This document shows, in pieces, positions 25,854 through 27,707 of a stretch of 27,707 bases of DNA; the stretch's first letter is position 1, and each line of letters starts with the position of its first letter. Both the position numbers and the translations under genes were made by a program. Below the pieces are notes generated by a model that saw nothing but the letters and a program-made list of their open reading frames with translations, ran no database searches and was not told where the DNA came from. Source of the DNA: a virus (lineage: Duplodnaviria; Caudoviricetes); the IMG/VR virus record IMGVR_UViG_3300044911_002548, positions 1 through 27,707 of that record, one strand, 5' to 3'.

Positions 25854-27707
25854 TTATGCCGCCGCTTTCACTGACAATGAAACAATATAAGTCGTGCCTC
25901 CGTCGTACGTCATAATCGACCAGATATCGAGCGCGTTTGCAGTCGTTGTCGCAGGAGGCACAACTCCTCCTGCATATTTAGTACCTGCCGGCCATGTGAT
26001 CGTACGACCTCCTGTTGCATCTTGTTTGGCTGCAATAGAACCAGACCATACGCGAGTCGCCGGAGGTATATTGGTCGGAGCGATTGTAATATTTCCAGTG
26101 AGAGTCAAATCGAAGAAGTTAGCAGCACCGCAATCAAGGCTATATGATCCAGTCGCAGCAGTATTAGCCACTTCGTGTTCTGTATAACCTGTTAAGATTG
26201 GGCGAGTAATGTTGTTATTGGCCATCACAAGGTTCGCTGACAGCGTAGTTAGACCACCAGTAACACTAAATGCTCCGTTCCATGTAAGAGCACCAGTTCC
26301 AGTTCTACCAAGTTTTACACTATTATCAGCATTACCAAAGATAATGTGTCCGTTATTGGCACTTTGTTGTCCCATAATACGAACAGTGTCAGCGATGTTA
26401 ACATCTCCGAACCACGCATCATCACCGATGCCAATATTTGTTCCACTGCCATTATTAGCAGTAGTCACTCGATCAAAACTTCCAACGCTTGTAACGCTAA
26501 TATTTCCAGTGATCGTAGTATTACCGGCTGCAAGAGTCGTGATACCTGATACCGGTCCACCAAAAGTTACTGCACTAGTTGTTTTATTAAATGTAAAGTT
26601 AGCAGAACCATTCGCTACGTTACTATCATTAAATATGACTTGTGTATTGGATCCGCCTATAGGACCAGCAACACCTTGTGCGCCAGTAGCACCTTGAGCA
26701 CCGGTTGCACCAGTAGCACCTTGAGCACCAGTTGCACCAGTAGCACCTTGAGCGCCTTGAAGTCCTTGAGCACCTTGCGCGCCAGCAACACCTTGTGCGC
26801 CAGTAGCACCTTGAGCACCGGTTGCACCAGTAGCACCTTGAGCACCAGTTGCACCAGTTGCGCCTTGAGCACCTTGAGGACCGACTGCTGTTACCCAATA
26901 TGGAGAACCAGTCGCTCCATTCGATGCTAATACCTGACCGGCAGTTCCTACTCCACCATTCGCAGATAAAGCTCCGCCGAGTGTAAGAGAACTTAAAGTG
27001 CCTACAGAGGTAAGAGACGATGCAAGAATTCCAGTACCTAAAGCCGTAGAGTTAGCAATAGTAGTACCATTGATCCTATAGGTTTTACCAGTTGCAATAT
27101 CTAAATGTTCGGAAGATGTCCAACTATCAGTTGCATCAACCCAGTTAAATGTCTTATCGGTACCACCTTTCAGAGTAATACCACCGCCATCGGCAGTGAC
27201 ATCACTTGGAGTAGTCACATCACCAAGTATAATATTTTTATCTTCTACAAGAAGATTTGTAGAATTTATATTCGTTGTGGTACCATTGATAGTGAGGTTA
27301 CCAGAAACTGTGATATCGCCAGTGATCGTTGTGTTACCAGCAGCAAGAGTTGTAATGCCACTGACTGCTTGCGCGGCACTCGTCGACTGAATCGTCGTTG
27401 TTCCAACAAACAATGAAGGCAATCGAGCAAATGCCACTGTACCAGAAGTCAGATTGCTAGCATTCGCAGCAATTGTAATGGCATTCGTATAAGCTGCACC
27501 GGCATTGGCTACCATTGCTGTGTTGGCAGTTCCAATCTTTGTATCGGTATAAGTGACTGCATTGGAATATGCGTTATTGGCCCCGTCACTCAGTGAGGTA
27601 GCGTTAATCGCAGTCGCACCAATAACGAGTTGACCGCTCGTAATTACGACGTTGCCTGCCGATATTGTTACGCCATTCGCTACGGTTAACCCGTTTTTAA
27701 CGCGAAA
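25854..27707 (-). CDS. Tail fibre with collagen-like segment and C-terminal adaptor-like domain (cassette B fibre); 5'-truncated by the window
   Basis: The frame stays open past ATG 27515 to the window edge ([12 protein letters not shown]..., similar to FKVDNGL at the start of the 3673 fibre). GAQ collagen at about 26660-26883. C-terminal FDLTL...[13 protein letters not shown]...YDGGTTY is homologous to that of the 9030 fibre. Confidence 0.85.
   Translation of the reverse strand, partial: FRVKNGLTVANGVTISAGNVVITSGQLVIGATAINATSLSDGANNAYSNAVTYTDTKIGTANTAMVANAGAAYTNAITIAANASNLTSGTVAFARLPSLFVGTTTIQSTSAAQAVSGITTLAAGNTTITGDITVSGNLTINGTTTNINSTNLLVEDKNIILGDVTTPSDVTADGGGITLKGGTDKTFNWVDATDSWTSSEHLDIATGKTYRINGTTIANSTALGTGILASSLTSVGTLSSLTLGGALSANGGVGTAGQVLASNGATGSPYWVTAVGPQGAQGATGATGAQGATGATGAQGATGAQGVAGAQGAQGLQGAQGATGATGAQGATGATGAQGATGAQGVAGPIGGSNTQVIFNDSNVANGSANFTFNKTTSAVTFGGPVSGITTLAAGNTTITGNISVTSVGSFDRVTTANNGSGTNIGIGDDAWFGDVNIADTVRIMGQQSANNGHIIFGNADNSVKLGRTGTGALTWNGAFSVTGGLTTLSANLVMANNNITRPILTGYTEHEVANTAATGSYSLDCGAANFFDLTLTGNITIAPTNIPPATRVWSGSIAAKQDATGGRTITWPAGTKYAGGVVPPATTTANALDIWSIMTYDGGTTYIVSLSVKAAA
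26660..26883 (-). repeat. Collagen-like GAQ/GAT coding repeat
   Basis: Uninterrupted G-X-Y run from GPQGAQ to GVAGPI. Confidence 0.9.

Noticed and set aside
24159-27707. Diversity-generating retroelement or invertase-driven shufflon
   Set aside because: No reverse transcriptase, TR/VR pair with adenine-specific differences, or recombinase gene is present in the window.

Overview
This window is part of a large T4-like (gp55 late-promoter type) tailed phage genome. It has no rRNA, tRNA, CRISPR or IS elements. Bases 1-10775 (+) are a virion structural and tail-fibre block: the C-terminal part of a VrlC/DUF4815-like protein, several fibre proteins (two with Gly-X-Gln collagen-like segments), a Tfa-like chaperone and small adaptors. 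From 9030 to the window end there are two head-on cassettes with the same layout: collagen-containing fibre with a shared C-terminal domain, then a repeat-rich putative adhesin built on a shared small base domain, then a run of tailoring enzymes. The enzymes are five 2OG-Fe(II) oxygenases, three DUF6065-like paralogues, a GT60/Gnt1-like glycosyltransferase, two sulfotransferase-like proteins, a membrane desaturase, a CxxCxxCC protein and a Cys-less glutaredoxin-like protein. The two cassettes meet at overlapping stop codons at 17995-17998. The repeat proteins show matched arms: 22 versus 22 [FY]N units with mirrored variants in the 563-aa protein, and four arms of 8 x 27 aa in the 1120-aa protein. 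This suggests long antiparallel hairpin filaments. Best hypothesis (inference): a phage-encoded system that post-translationally decorates virion filaments by hydroxylation, glycosylation and sulfation. All family names come from motif recognition by eye, not database searches.
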